Below are positions 49,400 to 60,228 of a stretch of DNA of 64,000 bases, piece by piece. A model generated the notes under the pieces. It worked only from the letters and a program-made list of their open reading frames with translations, was not told the origin of the DNA and ran no database searches. The first letter of the stretch is position 1, and each line of letters opens with the position of its first letter. This DNA is from Desulfurococcales archaeon (GTDB lineage Archaea; Thermoproteota; Thermoprotei_A; Sulfolobales; Desulfurococcaceae). The position numbers were made by a program, and so were the translations under genes. Location of the stretch: positions 563,320 through 627,319 of the forward strand of contig JALVYU010000026.1 of the NCBI GenBank assembly GCA_027022365.1. Direction: 5' to 3'.

Positions 49400-50764
49400 T
49401 TATCTCTTGCGTCCAAGCTTCAAGAGATGAATAGGCTCGCCCAAAAGTAGTTCGGCAATATCCCTGAGACTCTCTGAGACTGTGAGGTGAGGGTACGGGA
49501 AGGTGGCCAGTTCTTCGGGCGTGAGCTTGGCAAGGTATAATGGTACATATGCTGATATGACTTCCGACGCCTGCGGGGCAACTATGTGAATGCCCAGAAC
49601 ATTGTCCTTATCATCAACAAGTATCTTTGCGAAACAGTATTCGGGGCCTTTTATTCTAACAGCTGAAAGGAATGATAGTGGGACTCTCAGTTTCTTGTAC
49701 TTAATGCCCTTAATCCTAAGTTCTTTCTCGGTATAACCTATCCCGGCATACTCTAGTCCGGAGAAGATAGTCTGTGGAACCATGTGATATTCGATCCTCT
49801 TTATCTTCTTCCCCATGATTTGTTTGGCAGCAAGTATGGATTCGACAATAGCTTTATGTGCGAGGAGAGGCCCGCCTATTACATCGCCTACAGCGTAGAT
49901 TCTAGGATTATGTGTCTGGTATCCATCGACTAATTTGATAAACCCTTTCTCATCTGTTTCTACACCAGCTTCTTTGAGGCCTAGATCCCCTGTGTTTGGT
50001 GTGCGTCCTATGGAGATAAGGACTTTGTCGACAACAATTTTTTCGCCATTGCTCAGGAGGATCTTGGCTTTTCTTTCATCGGCAGTTATTTTTGTTGCCG
50101 TTGTTTTTTCATATATAGAAATGCTTTTCGAGCGCAGATATCTCTTTATAGTTAATGCGATGTCACGATCAAGGAATGGTAGTATATGATCTAGGGCCTC
50201 AATAACCGTTACATTTACTCCTAGATCAGCGAACATATTACCTATTTCGACACCTATTACTCCGCCGCCGATTATACCGAGCGTATCTGGGATCTCTTCT
50301 AAATTGAATATGTGTCTATTTGAGACTATGATTTTACCATCAAATACTAGTCCGGGCAGACAGCGTGGACGCGTGCCTGTAGCGATGATGTACTTATCTG
50401 CATGGTAGACGTTGGTCCCTGCCTTTACCTCGCCTGGACTAATAAATCTAGCATGCCCCCTAATGATCTCTACACCTGATTTTTCTAGAAGATATTCTAT
50501 GCCTTTTCTAGCCCTGTCTACCTGGTCTAGGATGAATTTCCTTATGTTCTTGAAATCGATGCTTATATCGGCATTAATCTTTTTCAAAGCATTTATTGCT
50601 TGGGCCACGTGGTAAAGCGCCTTGCTGGGAACACAGCCATAATTGGTGCATTCTCCTCCTATTAGATGCTCCTCTATAATTGCTGTTTTGTAGCCATAAC
50701 TAGCTAAGTATATCGCGGCTGGATAGCCCCCAACACCCGATCCTACGACTATGACGTCATACAT
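49400..50764 (-). CDS. lpdA: Dihydrolipoamide dehydrogenase (glycine cleavage L protein)
   Basis: GSGVGG, GGECTNYGCVPSK, GGGVIG, LAHKA, HLTVSE; follows gcvPB. Confidence 0.9.
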   Translation of the reverse strand: MYDVIVVGSGVGGYPAAIYLASYGYKTAIIEEHLIGGECTNYGCVPSKALYHVAQAINALKKINADISIDFKNIRKFILDQVDRARKGIEYLLEKSGVEIIRGHARFISPGEVKAGTNVYHADKYIIATGTRPRCLPGLVFDGKIIVSNRHIFNLEEIPDTLGIIGGGVIGVEIGNMFADLGVNVTVIEALDHILPFLDRDIALTIKRYLRSKSISIYEKTTATKITADERKAKILLSNGEKIVVDKVLISIGRTPNTGDLGLKEAGVETDEKGFIKLVDGYQTHNPRIYAVGDVIGGPLLAHKAIVESILAAKQIMGKKIKRIEYHMVPQTIFSGLEYAGIGYTEKELRIKGIKYKKLRVPLSFLSAVRIKGPEYCFAKILVDDKDNVLGIHIVAPQASEVISAYVPLYLAKLTPEELATFPYPHLTVSESLRDIAELLLGEPIHLLKLGRKR

Positions 50765-52322
50765 TACTATCAGCCTTTCTCATTTTTCTCAAGTAGATCC
50801 TCCATGTAGGAGCGAGTGTCTTGGGGTGATTTGCCCGTACATTATCTATGCGTTTAACACTAGTGCTAAGAGGCCATTCTTTAGCTTTTGATGGATTGGT
50901 GTATGCTATCTGTGATATCTCTTTGAGCCTCTTAGCGTATTCCTCGATGTTCTCGATTGTTTCTGATTCTGTAAATTCAGTCATTAATGCTTCCTTAACT
51001 ATTAGTGGGAAGTATATTGTTGGTGCATGGAGCCCTACATCTAGGAGCCCCTTAGCTACATCCTCGGCCGTAACGCCTGTTTCATCCTTCATTTTCTCAG
51101 CACTAATTACTACCTCGTGCTTTCTATGTCTGCCTGGACCATAGGGTATAGAGTATCCCCTCACATCTTTGATCAATTCTACGAAGTAGTTAGTGTTGAG
51201 TACTGCCTGCTCGGTTGCAAGCCTAAGGCCACGGGCTCCAAGCGACAGAATATACACGTATCCCCACACAAGGGGTATCACGTTTCCGAAGAATGTTTTC
51301 AGCAGTCCAATACTATGTTTACTTGGGCCCTCCAGCCTATACATATCTTTTTCCTCATCATATACAACCCGGTAGCCCGGCAGCAGATCGTGGAGCCATA
51401 TGTTCTTATCGGGATCAACGACCCGATCCTTTATGCATATAGGGCCAGCTCCCGGTCCTCCACCTCCATGGGGGGATGAGAAGGTTTTATGTATATTGAT
51501 ATGGGCTATGTCGAAGCCCATGTCGCCGGGCCTGGTATATCCCATTATGCCGTTCAGGTTCGCTCCATCATAGTAGAGTAGGCCGTCAACACTATGTATG
51601 ATCCTCGTTATCTCTTCTATGTTTTCCTCAAATAATCCAAGAGTGCTAGGATTAGTTATCATAAGACCAGCAGTGGATTCTCCCACGGCCGCCCTAAGTG
51701 CATCTAGATCAATGTTTCCATTCTCATCGGAGGGCACCTCTACAACCTTGAAGCCCGCCATCGAGGCGCTCGCGGGGTTTGTACCATGGGCTGAATCGGG
51801 CACTATGATTTCCCTCTTCTTGTCGAGCTGGCCTCTAAGCTCATGGTATTTCCTCGTCAATAGCATGCCTGCTAGCTCGCCATGAGCCCCTGCTGCAGGA
51901 TGTAGGCAACAATAATCCATGCCTGTTATGTGTTTAAGCCACTCTTGGAGGTGATAGAGGATCTCGAGAAGGCCTTGAACTGTTCTCTCATCCTGCAGGG
52001 GATGAAGCATCGTGATCCGTGGATCAAATGCTATTTCGAACGCTACTCTCGGATTATACTTCATTGTGCACGAGCCTAGCGGTACCGGGCCATTATCCAC
52101 CCCATATGACATCTGGGTGAGGCGCGTGTAATGCCTTATTACTTCTACCTCGCTAACCTCTGGTAGCTCTGGAGGCTTTTCTCTCCTTAGCTTAGCGGGT
52201 ATCTTTATGTCCCCAACAGCTTCTTTTATCGCAGGATCTATCTCCGGGACTATGAATCCTCTTCTTCCCGGCCTCGACAACTCGAAGATCAGTGGTTCAT
52301 CCCATCTAGCCTGCCTAAACAT
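50757..52322 (-). CDS. gcvPB: Glycine dehydrogenase (decarboxylating) subunit 2
   Basis: LGSCTMKYNP, SAHGTNPAS, DGANLN, NIHKTFSSPHGGGGPG. Confidence 0.97.
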   Translation of the reverse strand: MFRQARWDEPLIFELSRPGRRGFIVPEIDPAIKEAVGDIKIPAKLRREKPPELPEVSEVEVIRHYTRLTQMSYGVDNGPVPLGSCTMKYNPRVAFEIAFDPRITMLHPLQDERTVQGLLEILYHLQEWLKHITGMDYCCLHPAAGAHGELAGMLLTRKYHELRGQLDKKREIIVPDSAHGTNPASASMAGFKVVEVPSDENGNIDLDALRAAVGESTAGLMITNPSTLGLFEENIEEITRIIHSVDGLLYYDGANLNGIMGYTRPGDMGFDIAHINIHKTFSSPHGGGGPGAGPICIKDRVVDPDKNIWLHDLLPGYRVVYDEEKDMYRLEGPSKHSIGLLKTFFGNVIPLVWGYVYILSLGARGLRLATEQAVLNTNYFVELIKDVRGYSIPYGPGRHRKHEVVISAEKMKDETGVTAEDVAKGLLDVGLHAPTIYFPLIVKEALMTEFTESETIENIEEYAKRLKEISQIAYTNPSKAKEWPLSTSVKRIDNVRANHPKTLAPTWRIYLRKMRKADSNV

Positions 52323-52325
52323 GTC

Positions 52326-53738
52326 TTATCCCTCTAAGAAGTTCTTGATGAGAACAACTAGTCTATCGATATCGTTCTTCGTGTGAAGCTCTGTGAAAGA
52401 GAATATTGCTGTCTCTCCTAGCCAAGGATAAATATTGCCGACATAGTATCCGCCATGCACACCGTTGTTTAGTAGATACTCGTGTAGCTCGGAGTATTTT
52501 TTGCCGGAAGCTTCGAGCCTTAGTGGGAACTCCTTGAAGAAATCGGCGGTGAAGACTCTTGTGTTGACACCATTTATTTCACTTAATTTCTTGGCGGCGT
52601 AGTGGGAATTATAGTAGATCAGTTCCGCGAGTTTCGTGATTCCTTTCTTGCCGAGGAGAGCAAGATATACGGCCGCCGCTATAGCTGATAATGCCTCGTT
52701 TGTACATATATTGGAGGTTGCTTTCTCCCGTCTGATATGTTGTTCTCTCGTCTGAAGTATCATTGCAAAGGCCCTATCCTTACCGTCGATTGTTGTTGTT
52801 AGACCGATTAGCCTACCCGGCATCTGTCTCAGAAGCTTCATATCATATCTTATGGCAAAGATGCCGAGATAAGGGCCCCCATAGTTTAATCCTAGGCCGA
52901 GGGGCTGGCCTTCACCGACAGCTATGTCTGCCCCTAGCTGGCCGGGAGGTTTAATGAGGCCTAGCGATAACGGTTCTACACCAATAACGTATAATGCTCC
53001 CGCGCGGTGAGATATATCCGATATCTCCTGTATGTTCTCCTCGATTAGCCCGAAGAAGTTCGGGTTCTCAATATATATGGCGGCGGTATCCTTATCAACG
53101 AGTTTCTCGAACTCCTCAGCTTTGCATATTCCTTGTTCTCTATCAATACCTGTCTTAACGATTACGACATCATGAGGGGCAAGATATGTTCTGATGACTT
53201 TCTCGTGGAAGGGGTTAAGTGTACCGCAGAGAATAATCTTTTTCCTTCCACGCTTCACACGTAGTGCCATGAGGAGGGCCTCAGCTGCAGCAGAGCCCCA
53301 GTCATACATCGATGAATTAACGATGTCCATGTCTAAGAGCTCCGCCATCATACTCTGGTACTCGAAAAGGGCTTGCATGAGCCCCTGGTTTATCTCGGCC
53401 TGGTAAGGAGTGTATGTTGTGAGGAATTCTCCTCTAGAGACTATGTATCGTACTGGTGCGGGGACATAGTGTGGCCATGCACCGCACCCTAGGAAGGGGG
53501 GCGGGTTATTGAACACTTTATTCTTGGAGAGTAGACTCTCGGCTCTCCTCTTAACCTCTATCTCTGAAAGTATTCTCCCCTCGCCAATCGATAGTTTGCC
53601 CCATTCTTCAGGCTTCATGCGGATACTGGGCGGTATATCGTTAAAGAGCTCATCTATTTTCTTGACCCCTATTTTCTCCAACATCTTCCTCCTGGTTTCC
53701 TCGGCAGAATTAGGCATCCATGGATGTCCCAAAACCAT
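52326..53738 (-). CDS. gcvPA: Glycine dehydrogenase (decarboxylating) subunit 1
   Basis: TYTPYQAEINQG, GGPYLG, QTREQHIRREKATSNICTN. Confidence 0.97.
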   Translation of the reverse strand: MVLGHPWMPNSAEETRRKMLEKIGVKKIDELFNDIPPSIRMKPEEWGKLSIGEGRILSEIEVKRRAESLLSKNKVFNNPPPFLGCGAWPHYVPAPVRYIVSRGEFLTTYTPYQAEINQGLMQALFEYQSMMAELLDMDIVNSSMYDWGSAAAEALLMALRVKRGRKKIILCGTLNPFHEKVIRTYLAPHDVVIVKTGIDREQGICKAEEFEKLVDKDTAAIYIENPNFFGLIEENIQEISDISHRAGALYVIGVEPLSLGLIKPPGQLGADIAVGEGQPLGLGLNYGGPYLGIFAIRYDMKLLRQMPGRLIGLTTTIDGKDRAFAMILQTREQHIRREKATSNICTNEALSAIAAAVYLALLGKKGITKLAELIYYNSHYAAKKLSEINGVNTRVFTADFFKEFPLRLEASGKKYSELHEYLLNNGVHGGYYVGNIYPWLGETAIFSFTELHTKNDIDRLVVLIKNFLEG

Positions 53739-53832
53739 TGCCCCTCTACAGAGTCTTTAGCCAGGTAATATCTCTTAGGCTCCACGTATTATTCTATTTT
53801 GGAATAATTGAATAACGATATATAGTGCATGG

Positions 53833-54990
53833 GTGTCCAGAATATTAGATTGTAATGACTCGATACAGGTGTTTACCGTGCCCCGCATACCACTACTAGA
53901 CTTCTATGTCGAAAAACTAGGTGCTGAGCCAGGTCGTTTCGGGGATTGGGAGGTACCAATGCTTTATACGAGTGCTATCGAGGAACATATGAGTGTTAGG
54001 ACTTCTGCCGGCTTCTTCGATGTGAGCCACATGGGGAGAGTTATCCTCAAAGGACCAGATGTACTAGATCTTATACAGAAGATATACACGAAAGACCTAT
54101 CAAAAGTTAAAGAGGGCTGGTTGAGCGGCCCAACTCTCGCTCTCAACGAGTATGCCCGGGTCAAGGACGATGAGATGCTCTATAAGGTTAGCGATGAGGA
54201 ATGGCTACTGGTAACTAATGCTCTTGTTAGAGAGAAAATGCTCTCCTATATAAAGGAAATAGCTTCTAAGCATGACTATCATGTAGAGATCCGGGACATG
54301 ACGTTTGACTACTCAATGATAGCACTACAGGGACCCCGCTCCCCCCAGATCTTGGAGGAACTTGGAGCTGGATGGGCAGCGGATATGAAGGTCCTGGAGT
54401 TCAGGATTAACGAGGAGATAATGGGCCGTAAAGTATTCCTCATTAGCAGGAGCGGCTGGACCGGCGAGGATGGATACGAGATATGGGGTGAACATAAAGA
54501 AATAGCAGGTCTGGTCGAGAAGCTCGTAGAGAAAGGCGTGAAGCCGGCAGGCATAATCGCTAGGGATACATTGCGCATGGAGATGGGCTTCGTCCTCGGC
54601 GGGCACGAGTACGGTGAGGACCCGCTCAAATATCCTTGTGCTCTCAGCCTACGCTATGGTCTCGGAGCTATCTCTTGGAAGAAGCACGGCTTTATCGGCG
54701 AGGAAGCGCTTAGAGCCTACCGTAGGGAAGGCGTCCGATGGATCAGAGTCGGGGTCAAGATGGGTAAGAAAGCCGCTAGGATAATACCGAGGGAGGGCGC
54801 TAAGCTCGTTGTCGAGGACCAAGTTGTTGGATGGGTTACGAGCGGCTCGTTCTCCCCGGTCTTGAAGAGGGGTATCGCGCAGGCATACATTGATGCCCGA
54901 TATGCTATCTTTGGCGAACCTATAGATGTCGAGGTCAGAGGTAAACTTTATCAGGCGAAGATAGTTGATTTTCCATTCATTAGAAAATAA
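53833..54990 (+). CDS. gcvT: Glycine cleavage aminomethyltransferase T
   Basis: FDVSHMG, IALQGP, SRSGWTGEDGYE, ARDTLRMEMG; start may be the GTG about 45 bp downstream. Confidence 0.96.
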   Translation: MSRILDCNDSIQVFTVPRIPLLDFYVEKLGAEPGRFGDWEVPMLYTSAIEEHMSVRTSAGFFDVSHMGRVILKGPDVLDLIQKIYTKDLSKVKEGWLSGPTLALNEYARVKDDEMLYKVSDEEWLLVTNALVREKMLSYIKEIASKHDYHVEIRDMTFDYSMIALQGPRSPQILEELGAGWAADMKVLEFRINEEIMGRKVFLISRSGWTGEDGYEIWGEHKEIAGLVEKLVEKGVKPAGIIARDTLRMEMGFVLGGHEYGEDPLKYPCALSLRYGLGAISWKKHGFIGEEALRAYRREGVRWIRVGVKMGKKAARIIPREGAKLVVEDQVVGWVTSGSFSPVLKRGIAQAYIDARYAIFGEPIDVEVRGKLYQAKIVDFPFIRK

Positions 54991-54998
54991 GGTATAGC

Positions 54999-56108
54999 CT
55001 ATACGATCTTTTTAACAATGTACCTTCTGTAATCAACGAGTATCTTGATGTATCCGCGGAGCATTTCGTCAACATCGGGATCTCCAGTGTCAACCCTAAG
55101 GTACGGCAGGTCTTTGATCTTGTTCCAAGTAGCGATAACAATGATGTTATTCCTACCAATTCTCCTAATGACGCGGGGAGACAACTGTTGATTGCCCCTC
55201 CCAAATATGAATCCCTGACCACCTATAGGTGATACGATAATTTTCGCTTTGCTATACCGGTCTAGGAGCCTGAGTATACCTGCCTCATCGAGATCTTTGC
55301 CTACGAGCTTCTTATTAACCACTGCATCCACCCCAAGCAGTGTTTTATCTATACCCAGAAGATCCGCGACAGCCTTGACAGTAGTGCCCGGACCCAGCAA
55401 GTAGAGTGTATTGGGCTCCATATCCTCCACTATTGTCCGGGCTATAGCAAGCTTGTTCTCTTCTTCCTCTCCACCCTTCGAGACGGTCTTCATGTATTGG
55501 AGCAGATCATCTCGCGGCAAAGGTACCTTGAGGTAACCATAAAGCCTTATCCGCAGAACTCCCCTACGATAAGCTTCTTCATCTATATCGAGAACTTCTC
55601 TCTCGACAAGGCTTGTCCGCCCCCTGAGGAATTCGTCGAGGACCTTGGCGGCTGCTCTAGGGTTTACAGCGAATACTGCGCTGAACATTTTAACGCCGCT
55701 TGGAACACCTAGAACAGGTATTTCCTCATCCACGGCATCAAGTATATCTCTAGCAGTCCCATCTCCACCGACAAAAACAATGATGTCTGTGCCCTTCTCA
55801 ACCATTTCCCTCGCCGCGGTCTTCGTATCCTCGGCTGTAGTTCTCTCTTTCCTTTCCCCAACGACTAATCTAAGGAGATCCTTCTTGTTCGAGGCGAGGA
55901 CTTCTTCTTCCCCCATAGCCCCGGCGGCCGCTATTATCTCGAAATCAGTAGACCTTACATGGTTTAAGAACTCGATAGCTCTGTGGGGCGATACTGGCCT
56001 GGCCCCCCTACGCAACGCCTCCTCATAGGCTTCTCCATCAGTGCCTTTAAGACCTACGCGGCCGCCCATGCCCGCTATAGGGTTCACTATTATGCCTACT
56101 CTATTCAA
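54999..56108 (-). CDS. ATP-NAD/AcoX-like kinase (COG3199)
   Basis: VNPIAGMGG..LKGTDG, GGDGTARD, GVKMFS, GQGFIFGRGNQQ. Confidence 0.85.
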   Translation of the reverse strand: MNRVGIIVNPIAGMGGRVGLKGTDGEAYEEALRRGARPVSPHRAIEFLNHVRSTDFEIIAAAGAMGEEEVLASNKKDLLRLVVGERKERTTAEDTKTAAREMVEKGTDIIVFVGGDGTARDILDAVDEEIPVLGVPSGVKMFSAVFAVNPRAAAKVLDEFLRGRTSLVEREVLDIDEEAYRRGVLRIRLYGYLKVPLPRDDLLQYMKTVSKGGEEEENKLAIARTIVEDMEPNTLYLLGPGTTVKAVADLLGIDKTLLGVDAVVNKKLVGKDLDEAGILRLLDRYSKAKIIVSPIGGQGFIFGRGNQQLSPRVIRRIGRNNIIVIATWNKIKDLPYLRVDTGDPDVDEMLRGYIKILVDYRRYIVKKIV

Positions 56109-56184
56109 TTCTCTGCACCACGTTATTATTCCGGTAGGACAAATACTATTTAATATGGATTAACAGGCTTATGGGTGACACCAC

Positions 56185-57498
56185 GTGTTTAATCCTCCGG
56201 AGGACCTGAAGGAAGTAATAGATATTGTAGTTAAACATACTGTGTGGCGCAAAAAGGAGTGTATAAACCTTATCGCGAGCGAGAACGTTATGAGTCCTCT
56301 TGCAATGGTGCTTTATCTCAACGATATGATGCATCGATACGCTGAGGGCAAGCCCTTCAAGCGGTTCTACCAGGGCCTGAAATATGTTGATGAACTAGAG
56401 GTTAAGGCGCAGAAGATAATGGGCGAGCTCCTCAATACCGAGTACGTTGAGCTGAGACCGATAAGTGGTACAATAGCTAACGCGACCGTGTTCAAAGCCA
56501 TGGCCAACTATGGCGATAAGGCGGTAGTAGTCCCGGTGCAGGCGGGGGCACATGTAAGCCACACTAGATACGGAACACTGGGCGCTCTAGGAATAGAGCA
56601 GGTAGAAATGCCCTTCAGCGTTGAGGAGTGGAACATCGATGTTGACGGCGCCGTCAAGCTGATCGAGGAGGTTAAGCCCAGACTAGTCATTCTGGGCGGT
56701 AGCCTCTACATATTCCCGCACCCGGTTAAAGAGATCGCTGAGGCCGCGCATAGTGTGGGGGCCAAGCTCATGTACGATGCAGCACATGTTCTAGGATTAA
56801 TAGTTGGTAAGGCTTGGAAGAACCCGCTTGACGAGGGCGCAGACATATTGACGAGCTCAACCCATAAGACCTTCCCCGGGCCTCAGGGCGGATTGATAGC
56901 GACAAGAACCAAAGAAGACTACAAGAAAGTGGGTAAAGTAGTATTCCCGATGTTCGTGTCAAACCATCACCTGCATAGACTAGCCGCGACAGCAGTGGCC
57001 GGGCTCGAGATGAAGTACTTCGGCAGAGACTACGCCTCCCAGATACTTAGGAACGCCAAGGCATTCGCCGAAGCGCTTGCTGCGGAGGGATTCAGGGTGG
57101 TAGCCGAGAACAAGGGATATACGAACAGCCACCAAGTAATAGTCGATGTAAAGGGGCACGGCGGTGGAGCAAAGAACGCGCAGTTGCTCGAGGAGGCAAA
57201 CATAATTGTCAACAAGAACATGCTACCATGGGATAGGCCCGAGGACATTAAGAACCCGAGCGGCCTCAGGCTCGGAGTACAAGAGGTTACCCGGTGGGGC
57301 ATGAAGGAGGACGAGATGAGGCAGATAGCGGAGTTCATGCGGATGGTGGTCATAGATGGTAAAGATCCAGCGGAGGTAAGGAAGAAGGTCATTGAATTCA
57401 GGAAAGAGTTCACCAAGATCCACTACGGCTTCGACATACCGAGGGAAGAAGAGGAAAGGCTTTTCAAGATAATGCTCCATCCATACGAAGTATTCTAG
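56185..57498 (+). CDS. glyA: Serine hydroxymethyltransferase
   Basis: [37 protein letters not shown]. Confidence 0.97.
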   Translation: MFNPPEDLKEVIDIVVKHTVWRKKECINLIASENVMSPLAMVLYLNDMMHRYAEGKPFKRFYQGLKYVDELEVKAQKIMGELLNTEYVELRPISGTIANATVFKAMANYGDKAVVVPVQAGAHVSHTRYGTLGALGIEQVEMPFSVEEWNIDVDGAVKLIEEVKPRLVILGGSLYIFPHPVKEIAEAAHSVGAKLMYDAAHVLGLIVGKAWKNPLDEGADILTSSTHKTFPGPQGGLIATRTKEDYKKVGKVVFPMFVSNHHLHRLAATAVAGLEMKYFGRDYASQILRNAKAFAEALAAEGFRVVAENKGYTNSHQVIVDVKGHGGGAKNAQLLEEANIIVNKNMLPWDRPEDIKNPSGLRLGVQEVTRWGMKEDEMRQIAEFMRMVVIDGKDPAEVRKKVIEFRKEFTKIHYGFDIPREEEERLFKIMLHPYEVF

Positions 57499-57515
57499 AG
57501 GGGAGGCTGAACACT

Positions 57516-57950
57516 ATGGCGGACGAGATAATCGTTGAGTATAAAGGCAGGAAATACGTGGTGAAAACAGATAGGAGATACACCGAGACGGATGAGTGGG
57601 CCAAGCCCGAGGAAAACGGTGTACGCGTAGGTATTACGGATTACGCACAGAGAGAGCTACACGACATAGTCGGTGTTGACCTACCAGAACCCGGCACCCG
57701 CGTCAAGAAGGGAGAAGAGCTAGCCGTGGTAGAATCAGTAAAAGCAACCAGCGATGTCTACTCGCCAGTATCCGGAGAAGTAGTAGAGGTCAACGAGAGA
57801 CTCTACGAGGAGCCGGAGCTACTGAACAAGGATCCGTACGGGGAGGGATGGATAGCGATTATAAAGCCGGACGATCCCAGCGAGCTAGACGAGCTACTCA
57901 GCCCCGAAGACTACGCGGAGAGAATAAAGCAGGGCAAGGCCGGCCACTAA
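57516..57950 (+). CDS. gcvH: Glycine cleavage H protein
   Basis: GITDYAQ, lipoyl-Lys motif [20 protein letters not shown]. Confidence 0.97.
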   Translation: MADEIIVEYKGRKYVVKTDRRYTETDEWAKPEENGVRVGITDYAQRELHDIVGVDLPEPGTRVKKGEELAVVESVKATSDVYSPVSGEVVEVNERLYEEPELLNKDPYGEGWIAIIKPDDPSELDELLSPEDYAERIKQGKAGH

Positions 57951-58064
57951 ATAATCTGTAATCCATTAAATTAATCTGGTTTTTGAACCAGCACTAATTG
58001 TTAATCCTTATATAACTCTATCCACGAATACATTATCGCTAACACTATTTCTCGGTGAACATTA

Positions 58065-58478
58065 ATGGGTTATGGAAAAGGAATACTGGTCACTTTCATA
58101 CTTCTAATATTCATCGGATGGATACCGATCATAGGCCCCCTCATAGCGGGATTCCTAGGAGGATACGTTGCGAAAAAAGGGCTAGGCGGGGGAGCACTAG
58201 TAGGATTCATAGGCGGGCTCCTAGGAGGAATCATATGGACCATAATCCTAGCCTTTCTAGGAGGAGCAGCTCTCGGAATAATTGGGGCAATTGCAGGCCT
58301 ACTGCTAGGCGGAGCAATAACTATGATGAGCATAATGAAGGCTATAACAGCCGCCATAGGCGGATTAATAGGCGGACTAATAGCGGGCAGAAGACAATCC
58401 ATCAAATCCCCGCCTAAAGAAAGCCGAAGCACTAGCACAGAATATGAAGTTAAAGGTAATTCACAACGAGGAGAATAA
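58065..58478 (+). CDS. Gly-rich membrane protein (DUF5518-like)
   Basis: PIIGPLIAGFLGGY and GxxxG-rich TM helices. Confidence 0.7.
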   Translation: MGYGKGILVTFILLIFIGWIPIIGPLIAGFLGGYVAKKGLGGGALVGFIGGLLGGIIWTIILAFLGGAALGIIGAIAGLLLGGAITMMSIMKAITAAIGGLIGGLIAGRRQSIKSPPKESRSTSTEYEVKGNSQRGE

Positions 58479-58560
58479 TTCCTAGAATGCTATCTAAACC
58501 AACGTTGATCATCTAAATCATGTATAACTGGATATACGACAAGCGACTGACTTTATAGCA

Positions 58561-58600
58561 GGCCCGCGGGGATTCGAACCCTAGACCTCCGCCGTGTGAG
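58561..58600 (-). repeat. att-like copy 1 of the tRNA-Val 3' half
   Basis: 37/40 identical to 60234-60273. Confidence 0.93.
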
Positions 58601-58759
58601 AACACAACCATATTCATCGCTGTATATCGACAATATGTACGTAGTCTAAAAAGAATACCAATAAGGATATCGATTATTATTAGATATGTATGAGGATTGC
58701 TGTATCTTGGGCTAGCTTTAAGAGAGCTGAGTAAGTCAAATAAGCTCTGGGGAGATGGT

Positions 58760-58996
58760 GTGGAGCGGAAGTTTAAATGGATTGAAATAAATCCAAATGT
58801 TTGTCACGGTAAACCGGTCTTCAGGGGTACAAGAGTTCTGGTAGCTGATGTTCTTGAAATGATTGCATCCGGTATGAGTATTGAGGAGATTCTAGAGGAG
58901 TACCCCCAGCTAAACAAGGAGATGATTCTTGAGGCAATAGCTCTTGCAGCTGAACTCCTTAGGAGGGAGAGGCGTGTCATACCGATTTCTGCTTGA
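58760..58996 (+). CDS. DUF433 antitoxin (VapB45-like), cassette 1
   Basis: IEINPNVCHGKPVFRGTRV..GMSIEEILEEYPQL. Confidence 0.92.
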   Translation: MERKFKWIEINPNVCHGKPVFRGTRVLVADVLEMIASGMSIEEILEEYPQLNKEMILEAIALAAELLRRERRVIPISA

Positions 58997-59318
58997 TGAA
59001 AACGTACCCAGAACAATTTTTAAGCTACTGAGACGGAAAGGCTTCCACGCTGAGTATGTACCTCAAGGTATTGATGATAGAACAGTTATTAAAATAGCTC
59101 GAGAAAAGAACTTGATATTAATTACAAGAGATAGCGACTTTGCTGATGAGTTGAGGTACCCGCCTAACTCTCATCCGGGCATTATTGTGCTTCGTATCCA
59201 TCCCTCACTACCAAGGGTAATGGCTGAACGCCTTGTATTCTTGTTGGAGAATATCAAAGAGCTGAAAGGGAGGATTATACTAATATATAATGATAAAATA
59301 GAGATTGTTGGAAGATAA
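58974..59318 (+). CDS. DUF5615 PIN-like toxin (VapC45-like), cassette 1
   Basis: FLLDENVP, GIDD, LITRDSDF, GIIVLR; overlaps the antitoxin. Confidence 0.9.
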   Translation: MSYRFLLDENVPRTIFKLLRRKGFHAEYVPQGIDDRTVIKIAREKNLILITRDSDFADELRYPPNSHPGIIVLRIHPSLPRVMAERLVFLLENIKELKGRIILIYNDKIEIVGR

Positions 59319-59377
59319 TAATTCTCTTATGAATAATACTATGAATCTCATCGACATGTAATGTGTTACCAGCTAGG

Positions 59378-59422
59378 TGGTGGGCCCGCGGGGATTCGAA
59401 CCCCAGACCTCCGCCGTGTGAG
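59378..59422 (-). repeat. att-like copy 2 of the tRNA-Val 3' half, including CCA
   Basis: 43/45 identical to 60229-60273. Confidence 0.95.
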
Positions 59423-59570
59423 AACAGAACACAATAATATTCACAAACTCATATTATTGATATTCCTGTAATCCAAAGCGATAACCATAACCGATATCAA
59501 CAGTGATATTATTTGTCTTACGATATGCATGTCTCGGTTAGAATAGTCTATAAAGACCTTTGTTATAATA

Positions 59571-59816
59571 GTGTTTAGGGAGAGGCTGTTGACCGAAGTC
59601 GAGAATAGAATAGTGGTTGACCCCAAGATTATGGGGGGCAAACCCGTAATAAAAGGAACAAGGATTCCCGTGTATTTTATCCTAGAATTATTATCTAATG
59701 GATGGAGTATAGATGATATTTTAAGAGAATATCCGCATCTCTCAAGAGAAGACGTGTTAGCAGCTATCAAGTACGCTGCCAAGGTATTGAGGGAGGAAGT
59801 TATTGTCAAAGCCTAG
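59571..59816 (+). CDS. DUF433 antitoxin (VapB45-like), cassette 2
   Basis: IVVDPKIMGGKPVIKGTRIPV..GWSIDDILREYPHL. Confidence 0.93.
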   Translation: MFRERLLTEVENRIVVDPKIMGGKPVIKGTRIPVYFILELLSNGWSIDDILREYPHLSREDVLAAIKYAAKVLREEVIVKA

Positions 59817-60159
59817 ACTTCTAGCAGATGAAAATATACCTCAAACTGTTATTATTGCTCTTAGAGAAAAGGGATATGACATAGCCTCGGTCTGGGAGCT
59901 TAGACCGGGTATGAGCGACGAAGAAGTAGTAGAGCTAGCTATAAAGGAGTCGAGAATTATAATAACGTTTGACAAAGACTTTGGAAGAATAGCACTCTTA
60001 AAACCTAGTGTTCCAGGAATAATTTTACTAAGAATACCACCATTAAATCCCCTATACATAGTGGAAAGAGTGCTCTCGGCATTAGAAAGAATAGAAAATC
60101 CATACAATAAGTTAATCATAGTCAGAAAGAGAACAATAAAAATAATCACATTACGTTAA
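59803..60159 (+). CDS. DUF5615 PIN-like toxin (VapC45-like), cassette 2
   Basis: LLADENIP, GMSDEEV, IITFDKDFG, GIILLR. Confidence 0.92.
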   Translation: MSKPRLLADENIPQTVIIALREKGYDIASVWELRPGMSDEEVVELAIKESRIIITFDKDFGRIALLKPSVPGIILLRIPPLNPLYIVERVLSALERIENPYNKLIIVRKRTIKIITLR

Positions 60160-60228
60160 TAACTATCCTAGACGATGATGGGACACCTTACCCATTGTAG
60201 GTATTACTGAAGATAACGATATTAATTA

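Noticed and set aside
58561-59422. tRNA-Val fragments as halves of a split (trans-spliced) tRNA
   Set aside because: An intact tRNA-Val(CAC) is adjacent, there is no separate 5' half or long complementary leader, and copy 1 lacks the acceptor end; an att-site origin fits better
60173-60210. GATGATG...CTGA in TA cassette 2
   Set aside because: Too short, with no internal D'/C' boxes
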